A stretch of 64,000 nt of DNA from an uncultured Pelagibacteraceae bacterium (GCA_902569055.1 CACFSU010000002.1:29922-93921); one strand, 5' to 3'; shown: positions 29,946-40,237, counted from the first letter of the stretch. Translations and numbers: made by a program. Notes: generated by a model from the letters alone, not told the origin.

Positions 29946-30632
29946 TTAATCTTTCTTATATTTTTGCCATAAATCTGGTCTACGGACGCGTGTTATAGCC
30001 TCAGATTGTGATAAACGCCAGTCTTTAATTTTATTATGATCTCCTGATAATAGAACCTCAGGAACCTGTTTTTTTTCCCAAATTTGGGGTTTTGTGAACT
30101 GTGGATACTCTAGAAGTCCATTTTGAAAACTTTCATCATTTAATGAATTTTGATTTCCTAGAACACCTGGTAACAATCTTAGAATACTATCTAAAAATAC
30201 AAAAGCTGCCGTTTCCCCTCCAGAAAGAACATAATCGCCAATGCTAATTTCCTCTATATTTCTGGTATTTAAAATTCTCTCATCAACACCTTCAAAATGA
30301 CCACAAATTAAAGATATTGATTTCTCTTTTGAAATTTCGTTAGCAAATTTTTGATCAAACTTTTTTCCTTTAGGAGATAAATAAAAAATTCTTTCTCCTT
30401 CAATTTTATTTTGATCCAAAGAATTAGCTAATACATCTGCTTTCATTATCATTCCAGATCCTCCACCATATGGAGTGTCATCAACAGTTTTGTGTTTATC
30501 AGTTGCTGTGTCTCTAATGTTAACAATACTCAAATTCCACAATTTATTGGACAAAGCTTTTCCATAAAGGCCTTCACCTAAAGGTCCAGGAAAAACCTTA
30601 GGATAGAGGGTAAATATTTGAGCTTGAAACAT
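29946..30632 (-). CDS. trmD: tRNA (guanine37-N1)-methyltransferase
   Basis: [29 protein letters not shown]. Confidence 0.98.
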   Translation of the reverse strand: MFQAQIFTLYPKVFPGPLGEGLYGKALSNKLWNLSIVNIRDTATDKHKTVDDTPYGGGSGMIMKADVLANSLDQNKIEGERIFYLSPKGKKFDQKFANEISKEKSISLICGHFEGVDERILNTRNIEEISIGDYVLSGGETAAFVFLDSILRLLPGVLGNQNSLNDESFQNGLLEYPQFTKPQIWEKKQVPEVLLSGDHNKIKDWRLSQSEAITRVRRPDLWQKYKKD

Positions 30633-30646
30633 AAACAAAATTTAAA

Positions 30647-31051
30647 TTATTTTTTTTCTTCCTTTTTAGCTTCAGCCTTTGGAGCTTCTTCCTTTTTAGC
30701 TTCAGCCTTTGGAGCTTCTTCCTTTTTAGCTTCTTTAGATTCTTCTTTTTTTCTATCTTTTTTTGGAATTGCTTTTTTGGGATTATTTCCGTTAACAGGC
30801 ATAGGCATTAATTCGTTTTCCCCTAAAATTCTTGCTACTCTTGTTGTTGGTTGAGCACCTTGACCTAACCAATATTTGATTCTTTCAGCCTCAAGTCCGA
30901 TTCTTTCTTTTTTTTCTTTAGGCAATAATGGATTAAAAAATCCTACTTTTTCAATGAATCTTCCATCTCTTGCAAAACGACTATCTGCTACAACAACTTT
31001 ATAAACTGGTCTCTTCTTTGTTCCACCCCTTGATAACCTTAACTTTAACAT
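30647..31051 (-). CDS. rpsP: 30S ribosomal protein S16 with repeat tail
   Basis: [27 protein letters not shown]; AAGGAGAG RBS. Confidence 0.98.
   Translation of the reverse strand: MLKLRLSRGGTKKRPVYKVVVADSRFARDGRFIEKVGFFNPLLPKEKKERIGLEAERIKYWLGQGAQPTTRVARILGENELMPMPVNGNNPKKAIPKKDRKKEESKEAKKEEAPKAEAKKEEAPKAEAKKEEKK
30656..30733. repeat. 30-bp in-frame tandem repeat (about 2.6 copies) in the rpsP 3' end
   Basis: CCTTTTTAGCTTCAGCCTTTGGAGCTTCTT at 30661 and 30691 plus partial copies; encodes [10 protein letters not shown]. Confidence 0.95.
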
Positions 31052-31067
31052 TTTCTCTCCTTTTTTT

Positions 31068-32426
31068 TTATTTTAATTTATTAAATAATTCTGGAGGTAT
31101 TCCTTTATCAGACATACCTTGCAGATTTCCTTTAGACATCTTTTTCATCATTTCAGACATCATTTTAAATTGCTTTAACAATTTATTAATAGTAGCTGGA
31201 TCTGTCCCAGAACCACTAGCAATTCTTTTTTTCCTAGAACCATCAATTATTTTTGGGTTCTCTCTCTCTTTTGTTGTCATAGATAAAATTATTGCTTCGT
31301 TTTTAGTGATAATACTTTCATCTATCCCAGCAGCATCCATTTGAGACTTAACCTTAGATACCCCTGGCATAAAAGACATAATTCCCTCTATTCCACCCAT
31401 TTTTTTCATTTGTCTTAGTTGGGTTAAATAATCTTGCATTGAAAATTGCCCTTTTTTAAGATTATCTTCTGCTTTTTTAATATTTTCTTCACTTAAATCT
31501 TGTGCAGCTTTTTCTACAAGAGATACAATATCTCCCATTCCTAAAATTCTATTTGCAATTCTATCTGGATGAAATTCTTCAAGATTTTCGATTTTTTCAC
31601 CTACCCCTAAAAATTTAATTGGAACTTGAGAAACAAATTTCATACTAACTGCCGCTCCACCTCTGGCATCTCCATCTGCTCTAGTTAAAATTATTCCTGA
31701 AAGATTAACTGTATTTTTAAATTCTTTTGCAACTGATGCTGCTACTTGTCCAGTAAGTGAATCTGCAACCAAAAATATTTCAGCTGGATTAATGGTATTC
31801 TCAATTTGTTTAATTTCACTCATCATTTGTAAATCTATCTGTGTCCTTCCTGCTGTGTCAAATAATATGATATCAGCAGCATTTAAATTAGCTGCGCTAA
31901 TAGCTCTTTGACAAATATCAGCTGGTTGTTGACCTTCAATTATAGGAAGAGTTAAAATACTATTCTGTTCACCTAATAATTTTAATTGTTCTTGGGCGGC
32001 TGGCCTATAAATATCTAAGCTAACCATCATAACTTTTTTTTTTCTGGTTTTTTCTAAATATCTTGCTAATTTAGCAGTTGTAGTTGTTTTACCTGAACCT
32101 TGTAATCCAACTAGCATTATTGGTACTGGTGGAACTGCATTAAGATTTACATCGTTATTTTTTTCACCTAATAAACTAACCAATTCGTCATAAACAATCT
32201 TAACCACCATATCCCCAGGTGATGTTGATCTAATTATTTCTTGTCCTAAGGCTTTTGGTTTAACTTTTTCGATAAAATTTTTAGCTACATCCAAAGAAAC
32301 ATCTGCTTCTAGTAAGGCTTGTCTAATGCCTCTCAATCCTTCATCAACTTGATTTTCATCAAGTGAAGGAGTTTTTTTTAAAGAAGAAAAAATTTCTTCA
32401 AATTTATTTGTTAAATTTTCAAACAT
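31068..32426 (-). CDS. ffh: Signal recognition particle protein (start moved to MFENL)
   Basis: [24 protein letters not shown], Met-rich M domain. Confidence 0.98.
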   Translation of the reverse strand: MFENLTNKFEEIFSSLKKTPSLDENQVDEGLRGIRQALLEADVSLDVAKNFIEKVKPKALGQEIIRSTSPGDMVVKIVYDELVSLLGEKNNDVNLNAVPPVPIMLVGLQGSGKTTTTAKLARYLEKTRKKKVMMVSLDIYRPAAQEQLKLLGEQNSILTLPIIEGQQPADICQRAISAANLNAADIILFDTAGRTQIDLQMMSEIKQIENTINPAEIFLVADSLTGQVAASVAKEFKNTVNLSGIILTRADGDARGGAAVSMKFVSQVPIKFLGVGEKIENLEEFHPDRIANRILGMGDIVSLVEKAAQDLSEENIKKAEDNLKKGQFSMQDYLTQLRQMKKMGGIEGIMSFMPGVSKVKSQMDAAGIDESIITKNEAIILSMTTKERENPKIIDGSRKKRIASGSGTDPATINKLLKQFKMMSEMMKKMSKGNLQGMSDKGIPPELFNKLK

Positions 32427-32444
32427 TTTTATTACACACAGCAG

Positions 32445-32530
32445 TAACCTCACTAGTGGGCGAACCCTCGCTGACTAGTGTCGATCTCTTTGTTTCCAAA
32501 GACACCGCAAATTTAACGTTTTTGCGGAAA
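32445..32530 (-). ncRNA. Structured ffh 5' leader (alphaproteobacterial ffh RNA motif candidate)
   Basis: GC-rich island: minus-strand CACTAGT..GGG-UUCG-CCC..ACTAGTG nested hairpin (32451-32480) plus CCGCAAA/TTTGCGG hairpin (32505-32527), directly upstream of the ffh ATG. Confidence 0.7.
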
Positions 32531-32587
32531 CTGCCACAAACTATAATAGAGGTTCAAAAAGTCAATAAATAAGTTAAATAACTATAT

Positions 32588-33412
32588 ATGGACTTTGAAG
32601 CTTTTAAAATGGATGGATTAGGTAATGATTTTGTAATCATTGATAATAGACAAAAGATTACTGACTTATCAAAAGAGCAAATAATTAAAATTTGCGATAG
32701 AAGTTTTATAGGATGTGATCAATTAATATTAATTGAGAAAGATAATAATGCTGATGCAAGTTTAAAATTTTTTAATTCTGATGGTGGTGAGTCTGGAGCA
32801 TGTGGTAATGGTACAAGATGTGTTGCTAACTTAATTTCAAAAGAAAAAAATAGTAAAATTATAAATTTAACTACTATATCTGGAAAGTTAAAATCAAAAA
32901 TTTTAGGAAATAAACTTGTTACAACCGAAATTGGAAATGCGAAAATAAAATGGAATGAAATCCCGTTATCGAATGAACTTAATACAAAAAACTTGAATAT
33001 TAAAATTAATGATTTGAACAATAAAGAATATTCTGGGGGAACAGCTATAAATGTTGGAAACCCTCATATTATTTTTTTTGTAGAGGAAATTAAAAATTTT
33101 GATGTCGAAAAAATTGGACCTCAAATTGAAAATCATAAGTTTTTTCCAGAAAAATGTAATGTTACTTTTGCTAAAGTTATAAATAGAAATTTAATTAAAG
33201 TTAAAGTCTGGGAAAGAGGTGCTGGATTAACAAAAGCATGCGGAACCGCGGCATGTGCAACAGCATTTGCTGGCAAATTAAATAATCATACTGAAAATAA
33301 TACAGATATAGAATTTGAAACAGGAAAATTATCAATTTTTATAGATCAAAAAAATTCTATTCATATGAAGGGTCCGGTTTCAGATATTAAAAAAATTTCA
33401 ATAAGATTATAA
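32588..33412 (+). CDS. dapF: Diaminopimelate epimerase
   Basis: GLGNDF, CGNGTRC, GNPH, ERGAGLTKACGT. Confidence 0.98.
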   Translation: MDFEAFKMDGLGNDFVIIDNRQKITDLSKEQIIKICDRSFIGCDQLILIEKDNNADASLKFFNSDGGESGACGNGTRCVANLISKEKNSKIINLTTISGKLKSKILGNKLVTTEIGNAKIKWNEIPLSNELNTKNLNIKINDLNNKEYSGGTAINVGNPHIIFFVEEIKNFDVEKIGPQIENHKFFPEKCNVTFAKVINRNLIKVKVWERGAGLTKACGTAACATAFAGKLNNHTENNTDIEFETGKLSIFIDQKNSIHMKGPVSDIKKISIRL

Positions 33413-34329
33413 TGGGAATATTTAACAAATTTAAAAAAGGTTTTCAAAAAAGTGCTTCAGCATTTTCATCTGGCCTAAAAGAAATAATCGTAAAAAAAGA
33501 AATAGATGATGAAAGTCTAAATAAAATTGAAGAATTTTTGATTCAATCTGATGTAGGGATTGAAGCTGCTTCAGAGATAAAAGAAATACTTTCAACAAAA
33601 AAAGTTGATCCTAATAAAGATATAGCAGTAGAGATAAATCACATTTTAAAAGATTATATTATTTCTTTAATGAAACCCTTGGAGAATAGTTCTTTTTTTA
33701 TGAAAAAAGAAAAGCTTAATGTAACTTTAATTTCTGGAGTAAACGGTGTTGGTAAAACAACGAGTATTGGTAAAATTGGTAAAATTTTGAAAACTAATGG
33801 TAATAAAGTTATGTTCGCAGCTTCAGATACTTTTAGAGCTGCCGCTATTGAACAATTAGAAAATTGGGCAAATAAAATAGATGTTAAAATAACTAAATCA
33901 TCACTAGGATCTGATCCAGCCTCTGTAGCTTATAAAGCTATCGAAGAATCAATAAATCATAATTTTGATCAAGTTTTAATTGATACAGCTGGAAGACTTC
34001 AAAATAAAAAAAATTTAATGGAAGAATATAAAAAGATTGCAAATGTAACAAAGAAGATTGACTCAGATGCTCCACATGATGTTGTTTTAGTTTTAGATGC
34101 AACCTCAGGTCAAAATATAATCAATCAAGTTGAAGAATTTAATAAAATCATTCCTATAACAGGTATCATCATGACAAAATTAGACGGGACTGCAAAAGGT
34201 GGAATTCTTTTAGCATTAGCAAAAAAATATAAGGTACGTATTATTGCGTTAGGTTTGGGTGAGAAAGAAGATGACTTACAAATATTTGAAGCTGAAAAAT
34301 TTGCTGAAGCTTTTATTCAAACTAATTAA
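33412..34329 (+). CDS. ftsY: SRP receptor FtsY
   Basis: GVNGVGKTT, DTFRAAAIEQL, DTAGRL, TKLDGTAKGG. Confidence 0.98.
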   Translation: MGIFNKFKKGFQKSASAFSSGLKEIIVKKEIDDESLNKIEEFLIQSDVGIEAASEIKEILSTKKVDPNKDIAVEINHILKDYIISLMKPLENSSFFMKKEKLNVTLISGVNGVGKTTSIGKIGKILKTNGNKVMFAASDTFRAAAIEQLENWANKIDVKITKSSLGSDPASVAYKAIEESINHNFDQVLIDTAGRLQNKKNLMEEYKKIANVTKKIDSDAPHDVVLVLDATSGQNIINQVEEFNKIIPITGIIMTKLDGTAKGGILLALAKKYKVRIIALGLGEKEDDLQIFEAEKFAEAFIQTN

Positions 34330-34885
34330 TTAGATTACTAGAAATCAATGGTTTATAGAAACTACATTTATAATTATCATCAAATTCAAAATAACCACAA
34401 TTTTTAGCAAAAGAAGAAATAATAAAATCAAATTTACCGTTAGTAGGATACAATTCTAATTTTTTTTCTAATATATCAAACTTAAAATTTATATTTAAAC
34501 TCTTAACTGCACTTATCATAACCAATGTTTTGTTATCTTTTAAAAGATAATAAGCAAAGTCATCTGGAAATACAGGAAAATTGTATTCTTTAAGATAGTA
34601 TTTTGCTTGAGCAGGAAACCATTCATAAGAAATTAATGGAGAAGACTTTTTAGAAATATAATCATAAATATAAAGATCTTTAGGATAATCGTTAATATAA
34701 TTAGAAATTTCACCTCTTGCTAAAACTGATTTTTCTCTCGATTTAAAATATAAAGCAAAATTATTGTTATATGAATTCATCTGATCAATATAAAATAAAT
34801 CATCTGCTGTAAATTCATTATCTTTTGCAAATAATGTTTGATGTACACTTAAGAATAAGAAAAAAATTAAAAAAACAATTTTCAT
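34322..34885 (-). CDS. Hypothetical exported protein, aromatic-rich
   Basis: 187-aa ORF with N-terminal signal-peptide-like segment; no family recognised. Confidence 0.7.
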   Translation of the reverse strand: MKIVFLIFFLFLSVHQTLFAKDNEFTADDLFYIDQMNSYNNNFALYFKSREKSVLARGEISNYINDYPKDLYIYDYISKKSSPLISYEWFPAQAKYYLKEYNFPVFPDDFAYYLLKDNKTLVMISAVKSLNINFKFDILEKKLELYPTNGKFDFIISSFAKNCGYFEFDDNYKCSFYKPLISSNLIN

Positions 34886-34964
34886 TTATATAAGATAAAA
34901 TAAAAATTAGATTAATGTATGTTAGAATTGTGGCTTAAATAATTTTTTTTTCTTTTTGAATTAT

Positions 34965-35597
34965 TTATTTATTTTTTATTGATTTATAAATTTGAAACAA
35001 TTTAGGAAAAATTTTTTTTAATATTTCCTTAAAAGTAAATACATTGCCTGTTGCATATGCATCTTTAATTTTAATATTCCAAGTTTTACCATATTGAAAT
35101 TCCAAGTATTCTTTGACTCGACTAAATGTAGGAAAATTTTTGTTAAAAAATTCAATTTCAGTAAGATTTATAAAAAACTTTTTAGGTATAAAATATTTCT
35201 CACATTTTCTACCAAAATAACTTTTCTTGAAAAAATAAAAATCTATATAATCATTTTTTCTTTCAATAGATAATATACTTTTTTTATCATTAAATCTAAT
35301 TACCTTAAAACCATGATCTTGAAGTTCTTTTATAGTATCTAATAAATCTTGTTTATCTTCATCAAAAACAAAAATATCTGTATCAATATCCCATTCAATA
35401 AAATCTCCTTCTCTTACAGCGCCTAATAATGTTCCAAAAAGTAAACCCCATCTAATTTGAGTTTTAATCAAAATATTTCTTAAAATTAATAAATTTTCAC
35501 GAGAATTTTCTTTATTAATTTTTTTTTCTGTATCAAAGAATTCTCTTGTTGGTTCAAACAAAATGTTTCCTTTGGACGTTTGAATAACTTGTTTCAT
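34965..35597 (-). CDS. LicD/fukutin-family phosphotransferase
   Basis: GTLLGAVR..FIEWDIDTDI nucleotidyltransferase-fold motif; YLEFQYG.W. Confidence 0.85.
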   Translation of the reverse strand: MKQVIQTSKGNILFEPTREFFDTEKKINKENSRENLLILRNILIKTQIRWGLLFGTLLGAVREGDFIEWDIDTDIFVFDEDKQDLLDTIKELQDHGFKVIRFNDKKSILSIERKNDYIDFYFFKKSYFGRKCEKYFIPKKFFINLTEIEFFNKNFPTFSRVKEYLEFQYGKTWNIKIKDAYATGNVFTFKEILKKIFPKLFQIYKSIKNK

Positions 35598-35639
35598 CTA
35601 AATTTTGTAAATTTAAAGTTAATTAAATAAATATTTTGA

Positions 35640-36458
35640 TCAATTCAAAGTTTTTATAAAACTTTTCAAAGCATTAATCAATTGATTATCATATTCCATC
35701 ATATGATTATCTTCTTTTGTGAAATAAGAATATTTAGGTTCATTTGAAATATCAAAGATTTTTTTTCCCATTGAAAATGGAACAATGGAGTCTTTCTCTC
35801 CATGCATAATCATTATAGGTACTTTAATATTCTTAACTTTCTTATCATTTTCATATTTGTCTTTTAATAAAAAATTTACAGGAATATATGGATAGAATTT
35901 TTTCGCAGCAGCAATCATTGAAGTAAAAGGTGTCTCTAAAATTACTCCCGCAAAATTTTTATTTTGAGCTAAATGAATTGCTACTCCAGTTCCTAAAGAC
36001 TCTCCATATATGATAATGTCTTTATCATTTATTCCTTCTTTATTTAACCAATCAATAGCGCTCCTTCCATCTTCATAAAGTCCTTCTTCAGAAGGTTTTC
36101 CTTTATTTCCACTAAAACCTCTCCAGGCTATAATTAAAAAATTAATATTCATGTGTTGGAAATGGTTTAGTTTATAAATTCTGTTTTCTAAAGATCCCGC
36201 ATTTCCATGGAAAAAAACTAAAGTTTTAAAATTTTCTAAATCTTTTTTGTGATACCAGCCTAGTAATTCTATATTATCTTTGGTTGTTATTTTCACTTTT
36301 TGAATATTTGCAGAAATCTTAGTGTTGGAGTAATTATTTTCATTAGGGAGATATAATAAATTTCTTTGATAAAAGTATAAAAATACTAAAACCAAAAAAT
36401 AAACAAAAAAAATAATTAAAATTAATTGCAATAAATTATTCCTAAATTTTTTGAACAT
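35640..36458 (-). CDS. Membrane-anchored alpha/beta hydrolase (BEM46/ABHD13-like)
   Basis: QRNLLYLP, FHGNAG, YGESLG, HGEKD. Confidence 0.9.
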   Translation of the reverse strand: MFKKFRNNLLQLILIIFFVYFLVLVFLYFYQRNLLYLPNENNYSNTKISANIQKVKITTKDNIELLGWYHKKDLENFKTLVFFHGNAGSLENRIYKLNHFQHMNINFLIIAWRGFSGNKGKPSEEGLYEDGRSAIDWLNKEGINDKDIIIYGESLGTGVAIHLAQNKNFAGVILETPFTSMIAAAKKFYPYIPVNFLLKDKYENDKKVKNIKVPIMIMHGEKDSIVPFSMGKKIFDISNEPKYSYFTKEDNHMMEYDNQLINALKSFIKTLN

Positions 36459-37347
36459 TTTTTTTCTTTGCTAAGTATATGCCAAAAAATACTAATATTG
36501 TCCCAATGTAATGAAAGTTTTCTAGTTTTTCTCCAAATAATAAATAACCATATACTGCTCCATAAATTGTGAAAATATATAACGTAAATCCAGTCAATGA
36601 TGCCCCAAGTTTTTTTTGAGTGATTGTATAAAGGGTAAACGCAATAATTCCTGGGGAAATGGCTGCAAAAATAACCCATATGAAAAATTCTTTATTGAAA
36701 AAAGTTCTTTCAAAAAGAAGCTCTTCACCTAAATAAAAAGGTAATAAACTAACTGCACCGAAAAAAGCGATTAAAGTAAATCTTTGAAAAATTTCAAGTT
36801 TTGTTTTCCAATAAAATAAATAAATTGAATATAAGGCCCATCCAATTGCCGCAGCTAACATCCATAAATCACCAATTGTAAAGTTAAGATTTATTAATAA
36901 GTTAAAATTACCTTTTATTATAATAATAAAAACTCCTATCAAACAAGCTACAAGTCCTATTATTTTTTTAAAGTTTATTTTTTCATAAAAAAAAATACCT
37001 GAAATTAAAATTATAAATATAGGTGAAGAGGTATATATAATTCCCATATTAGTCACTGTAGTGGTTTGACCTGCTAAAAAAGGAAACGCTCCACAAACAC
37101 CACACCCCATCGATCCTAAAAAAAAAAGTTGTCTGTATTCTTTTTTAATGATTTTAAAATTTTTTTTTAGAGACATATAAGTGAATGGCAAAAGAATTAA
37201 AAAAACCAAAGTCCATCTCCAAAATGCCAAAGAAATTGGAGGAACATATTCTACTCCACCCCTAGCAACAACTAAGTTACTGGCCATAAATATTGGTTGA
37301 ATAAAAAGTAATAAAAATGGAAAAATATTTTTTTTAAAATTTATCAA
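36442..37347 (-). CDS. DMT/EamA family transporter
   Basis: about 10 hydrophobic segments, PPISLAFWRW, GDLWMLAA, LLFGE. Confidence 0.9.
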   Translation of the reverse strand: MINFKKNIFPFLLLFIQPIFMASNLVVARGGVEYVPPISLAFWRWTLVFLILLPFTYMSLKKNFKIIKKEYRQLFFLGSMGCGVCGAFPFLAGQTTTVTNMGIIYTSSPIFIILISGIFFYEKINFKKIIGLVACLIGVFIIIIKGNFNLLINLNFTIGDLWMLAAAIGWALYSIYLFYWKTKLEIFQRFTLIAFFGAVSLLPFYLGEELLFERTFFNKEFFIWVIFAAISPGIIAFTLYTITQKKLGASLTGFTLYIFTIYGAVYGYLLFGEKLENFHYIGTILVFFGIYLAKKKNVQKI

Positions 37348-37359
37348 TTTTAGGAAAAT

Positions 37360-37536
37360 TTACTTTTTATCGAAGAAAGCTTCGTAGATCATCATTATGA
37401 TCGCAATACCCATTAATAAATAAACAGGCAGTACATCTAGAAAACCAATCATCATTGATCTTGTCAATGTTGTTGCTAAACCTACTAAAAAAAATACAGC
37501 AAAAGATAAACCTACAATTGTAGTAATTTTATTCAT
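37360..37536 (-). CDS. Small two-TM membrane protein, 58 aa (not in supplied ORF track)
   Basis: MNKITTIVGLSFAVFFLVGLATTLTRSMMIGFLDVLPVYLLMGIAIIMMIYEAFFDKK; ATG 1 bp after amidase stop, fills the gap. Confidence 0.75.
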   Translation of the reverse strand: MNKITTIVGLSFAVFFLVGLATTLTRSMMIGFLDVLPVYLLMGIAIIMMIYEAFFDKK

Positions 37537-37537
37537 T

Positions 37538-38863
37538 TTATTCCTGACACTCCTTTTCTAGCCACCTAGCGACTCCCAAAAATCTATGGTCATCATATCG
37601 ATCACCCACCATTTGAACTCCCAATGGTAAATTATTTTCTCCTTCAAGTAAAGGAAGAGAAATACAAGGTGTACCTAAATAAGACCAAACTTTGTTGAAT
37701 TCAGCTGTTCCTGTGCTTTTTAGTCCCTTAGGCGCAACCCCAGGACTAGATGGTGTTAATACTCCATGATAATCTTCAAAAACTTCTTTATATGACTCAT
37801 AACTTTGTTTTTTAAAATCAATAGCCTCAGCATATTCTTTAGCAGAATATTTATTGCCTTTTTCTATAGCAGTCTGCATGTATTTTGACAGTTTTGATTT
37901 ATATTTTTTATAGTAAATTGCAAAATTATTTGCCAAATCTGTTTCGTGTATAATCTGATGATACTTATGAATATCTTTAAAATATGAAGGAGTGTCATAA
38001 ACTTCTATATTTTTAAAAGATTTTATAAAATATTCAAAGGCTTCCCTAGACTTTTTGTCAATTATTTTCCAAAAATCAGTTTTATAAAAAATAAACTTTG
38101 GCTCAAATAAAGGACCTTTTTTAGTTTCTTCTAAAATATTTTCAGCTGAATAATAAATAGTTGCAGGATCAAGTTGGTCTTTTTTAATTAAAACTTTTGC
38201 TAACAATGCAACATCCTCAACTGTCCGTCCAAATACACCAATTTGATCTAATGAATAAGAGGTACGTAAAACACCATTTCTTGAAATTAATCCATAGCTA
38301 GGTTTATAACCAACTACTCCACAATACGAAGCTGGTCTTATAATTGAACCACCTGTTTGAGATCCAATTGATAATGGTGCCATAAATGATGCTACTGAAG
38401 CTGCAGAACCACTAGAAGAACCACCTGGTGTTCGAGAATAATCGTGAGGGTTTGTTGTTTTTGGTGGACCAAGATAAGCTAATTCAGAAGTAGCTGTTTT
38501 CCCCATCACTATGGCCCCTGCTGCGTGTAAAAGATCTATAATTTCAGCATTTTGTGAATAAGATTTTCCTTTTCTTATAACTGTTCCACATTCAGTTGGC
38601 ATATCTACTGTTCCAACTATATCTTTAACTGCAATTGGTACTCCATGAAGAGGACCAATTGGTTTTCCAGATTTTCTATATTCATCTAACTCTGAAGCTT
38701 TTTCTAATAAAACTTTTTTATCAAAGTGTGCCCAGGCTTTTATATCTTTTTCAAATTTTTTTATTCTTTCAATATATTGCTCACAAACCTCAACTGATGA
38801 AATTTGTGCATTTTTAATTCTTAAAACGAGCTCTCCAACACTTAAAGAAAAAATATCGATCAT
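37538..38863 (-). CDS. Amidase-signature family amidase
   Basis: AVKD, TPGGSSSGSAA, GSQTGGSIIRPASYCG (Ser-cisSer-Lys triad). Confidence 0.92.
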   Translation of the reverse strand: MIDIFSLSVGELVLRIKNAQISSVEVCEQYIERIKKFEKDIKAWAHFDKKVLLEKASELDEYRKSGKPIGPLHGVPIAVKDIVGTVDMPTECGTVIRKGKSYSQNAEIIDLLHAAGAIVMGKTATSELAYLGPPKTTNPHDYSRTPGGSSSGSAASVASFMAPLSIGSQTGGSIIRPASYCGVVGYKPSYGLISRNGVLRTSYSLDQIGVFGRTVEDVALLAKVLIKKDQLDPATIYYSAENILEETKKGPLFEPKFIFYKTDFWKIIDKKSREAFEYFIKSFKNIEVYDTPSYFKDIHKYHQIIHETDLANNFAIYYKKYKSKLSKYMQTAIEKGNKYSAKEYAEAIDFKKQSYESYKEVFEDYHGVLTPSSPGVAPKGLKSTGTAEFNKVWSYLGTPCISLPLLEGENNLPLGVQMVGDRYDDHRFLGVARWLEKECQE

Positions 38864-38875
38864 TTATCTAAGCTA

Positions 38876-40237
38876 TTAAATTGCAAATAATTTTTCTGGT
38901 AGCCATAAAGCAATACCTGGAAATAAATACATTAATATCATTGCTAATATAACAATACCTAAAAATGGCATAATACCTCCGAATATTTCCATTAATTCTA
39001 CATTCTTAGACTGAACTCCTTTTAAATAATAAGCTGACATTGCCATAGGTGGGGTTAAAAAAGATGTTTGTAAATTTAGTGCAATTAGCATCGCAAAGAA
39101 ATAAGGATTAACTCCAAAAAATTCCACCAAAGGTAAAAATATTGGAACAAAAATAATTAAAATTTCTGTCCATTCTAAGGGCCAACCTAAAAGAAAAATA
39201 ATTATTTGTGTAATAACCAAAAATTGCCAAGGTTGAAGATCTAATGATTTAAAGAAATGTTCAAATACCTCATGACCTCCTAAATATGAAAAAACAGAAG
39301 CAAATGTCCAAGAACCAATGAACAACCACATTATCATAGCTGTAGTTTTTGCTGTAAGAAACACAGATTCTTTAAAGTTTTTCCATTTTAAAGTTTTGTA
39401 AAAATAAGAAAGAACAAGGGCTCCAAAAGCTCCTACCGCTGCTGCTTCTGCAGGAGTTGCTATACCAGCAAGAATAGTTCCTAAAACCAAAATAATTAAA
39501 GAAAACAAAGGTAAAAATGAAACTAAAACTTCCTTCATAATAACTCGTGTAGGTGGTATTTCTTCTGCAGCAGGTTTCGGAGCAATAGATGGATTTAACC
39601 ATGCTCTAAATACTGCATAACCTATATAAAGTCCTGCCAACATTAATCCTGGAAATATGGCGGCAGCGAATAATCTTAAAGGTGAAAGTTGAGCAATTAC
39701 AGAATAAACAATTAACATAATGCTTGGTGGAATTAAAATTCCTAAACATCCACCAGCACAAATTATTCCTGACGCAAATTTTTTATCGTAACCTGCTTTT
39801 ACCATCGCTGGCCATGCTAAAAGTCCCATTAAAGTAACTACAGCTCCAATAATTCCTGTAGCTGTCGAAAATAGTGTACAAGTAATTAAAGCTGCAACTG
39901 CCATCGAGGCTGGAAGTCTATGAGAAGCTAATCTTATAGCAAAAAATAACTTTGCTACTATTCCTGCCCTTTCAACTAAATATCCCATAAATAAAAAAAG
40001 CGGTACGGCGGTCAACACGTTATTATCCATAACGGTATATGTGTTTTGTACAAAAAGTTGAAATATCCTATTATCAAATAGGTGTTCCATTTTTGTTGGA
40101 TCAAAATAAGCGTAATATCCAAAACCCAGACCCATTGCCATAAGTGTAAAGGCAATAGGGAAACCTAATAAAACTGCAAATAAAAAGATTCCCATCATTA
40201 AAATTGCAACTTCTGGATTTGTAAGACTAAATAACAT
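38876..40237 (-). CDS. TRAP transporter large permease (DctM)
   Basis: AVPLFLFMG, LGILIPPSI, ATPAEAAAVGA, FLTPP. Confidence 0.95.
   Translation of the reverse strand: MLFSLTNPEVAILMMGIFLFAVLLGFPIAFTLMAMGLGFGYYAYFDPTKMEHLFDNRIFQLFVQNTYTVMDNNVLTAVPLFLFMGYLVERAGIVAKLFFAIRLASHRLPASMAVAALITCTLFSTATGIIGAVVTLMGLLAWPAMVKAGYDKKFASGIICAGGCLGILIPPSIMLIVYSVIAQLSPLRLFAAAIFPGLMLAGLYIGYAVFRAWLNPSIAPKPAAEEIPPTRVIMKEVLVSFLPLFSLIILVLGTILAGIATPAEAAAVGAFGALVLSYFYKTLKWKNFKESVFLTAKTTAMIMWLFIGSWTFASVFSYLGGHEVFEHFFKSLDLQPWQFLVITQIIIFLLGWPLEWTEILIIFVPIFLPLVEFFGVNPYFFAMLIALNLQTSFLTPPMAMSAYYLKGVQSKNVELMEIFGGIMPFLGIVILAMILMYLFPGIALWLPEKLFAI

Noticed and set aside
30656-30733. 30-bp direct repeats as a possible CRISPR array
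   Set aside because: No spacers, in-frame within rpsP, no cas genes in the window
27949-32453. Extended N-termini given by the ORF track for leuD, rplS, trmD and ffh
   Set aside because: They use upstream alternative starts that overlap neighbours or the leader; conserved N-termini begin at ATGs 27949, 29929, 30632 and 32426
32445-32530. GC-rich structure next to ffh as SRP (4.5S) RNA or a tRNA
   Set aside because: Lacks the SRP domain IV motif and any cloverleaf/TpsiC arm; better explained as a 5' leader
37538-38863. Amidase as GatA (Glu-tRNA amidotransferase subunit A)
   Set aside because: No adjacent gatB/gatC; has GSQTGGS rather than the usual GatA GSDTGGS; transporter context
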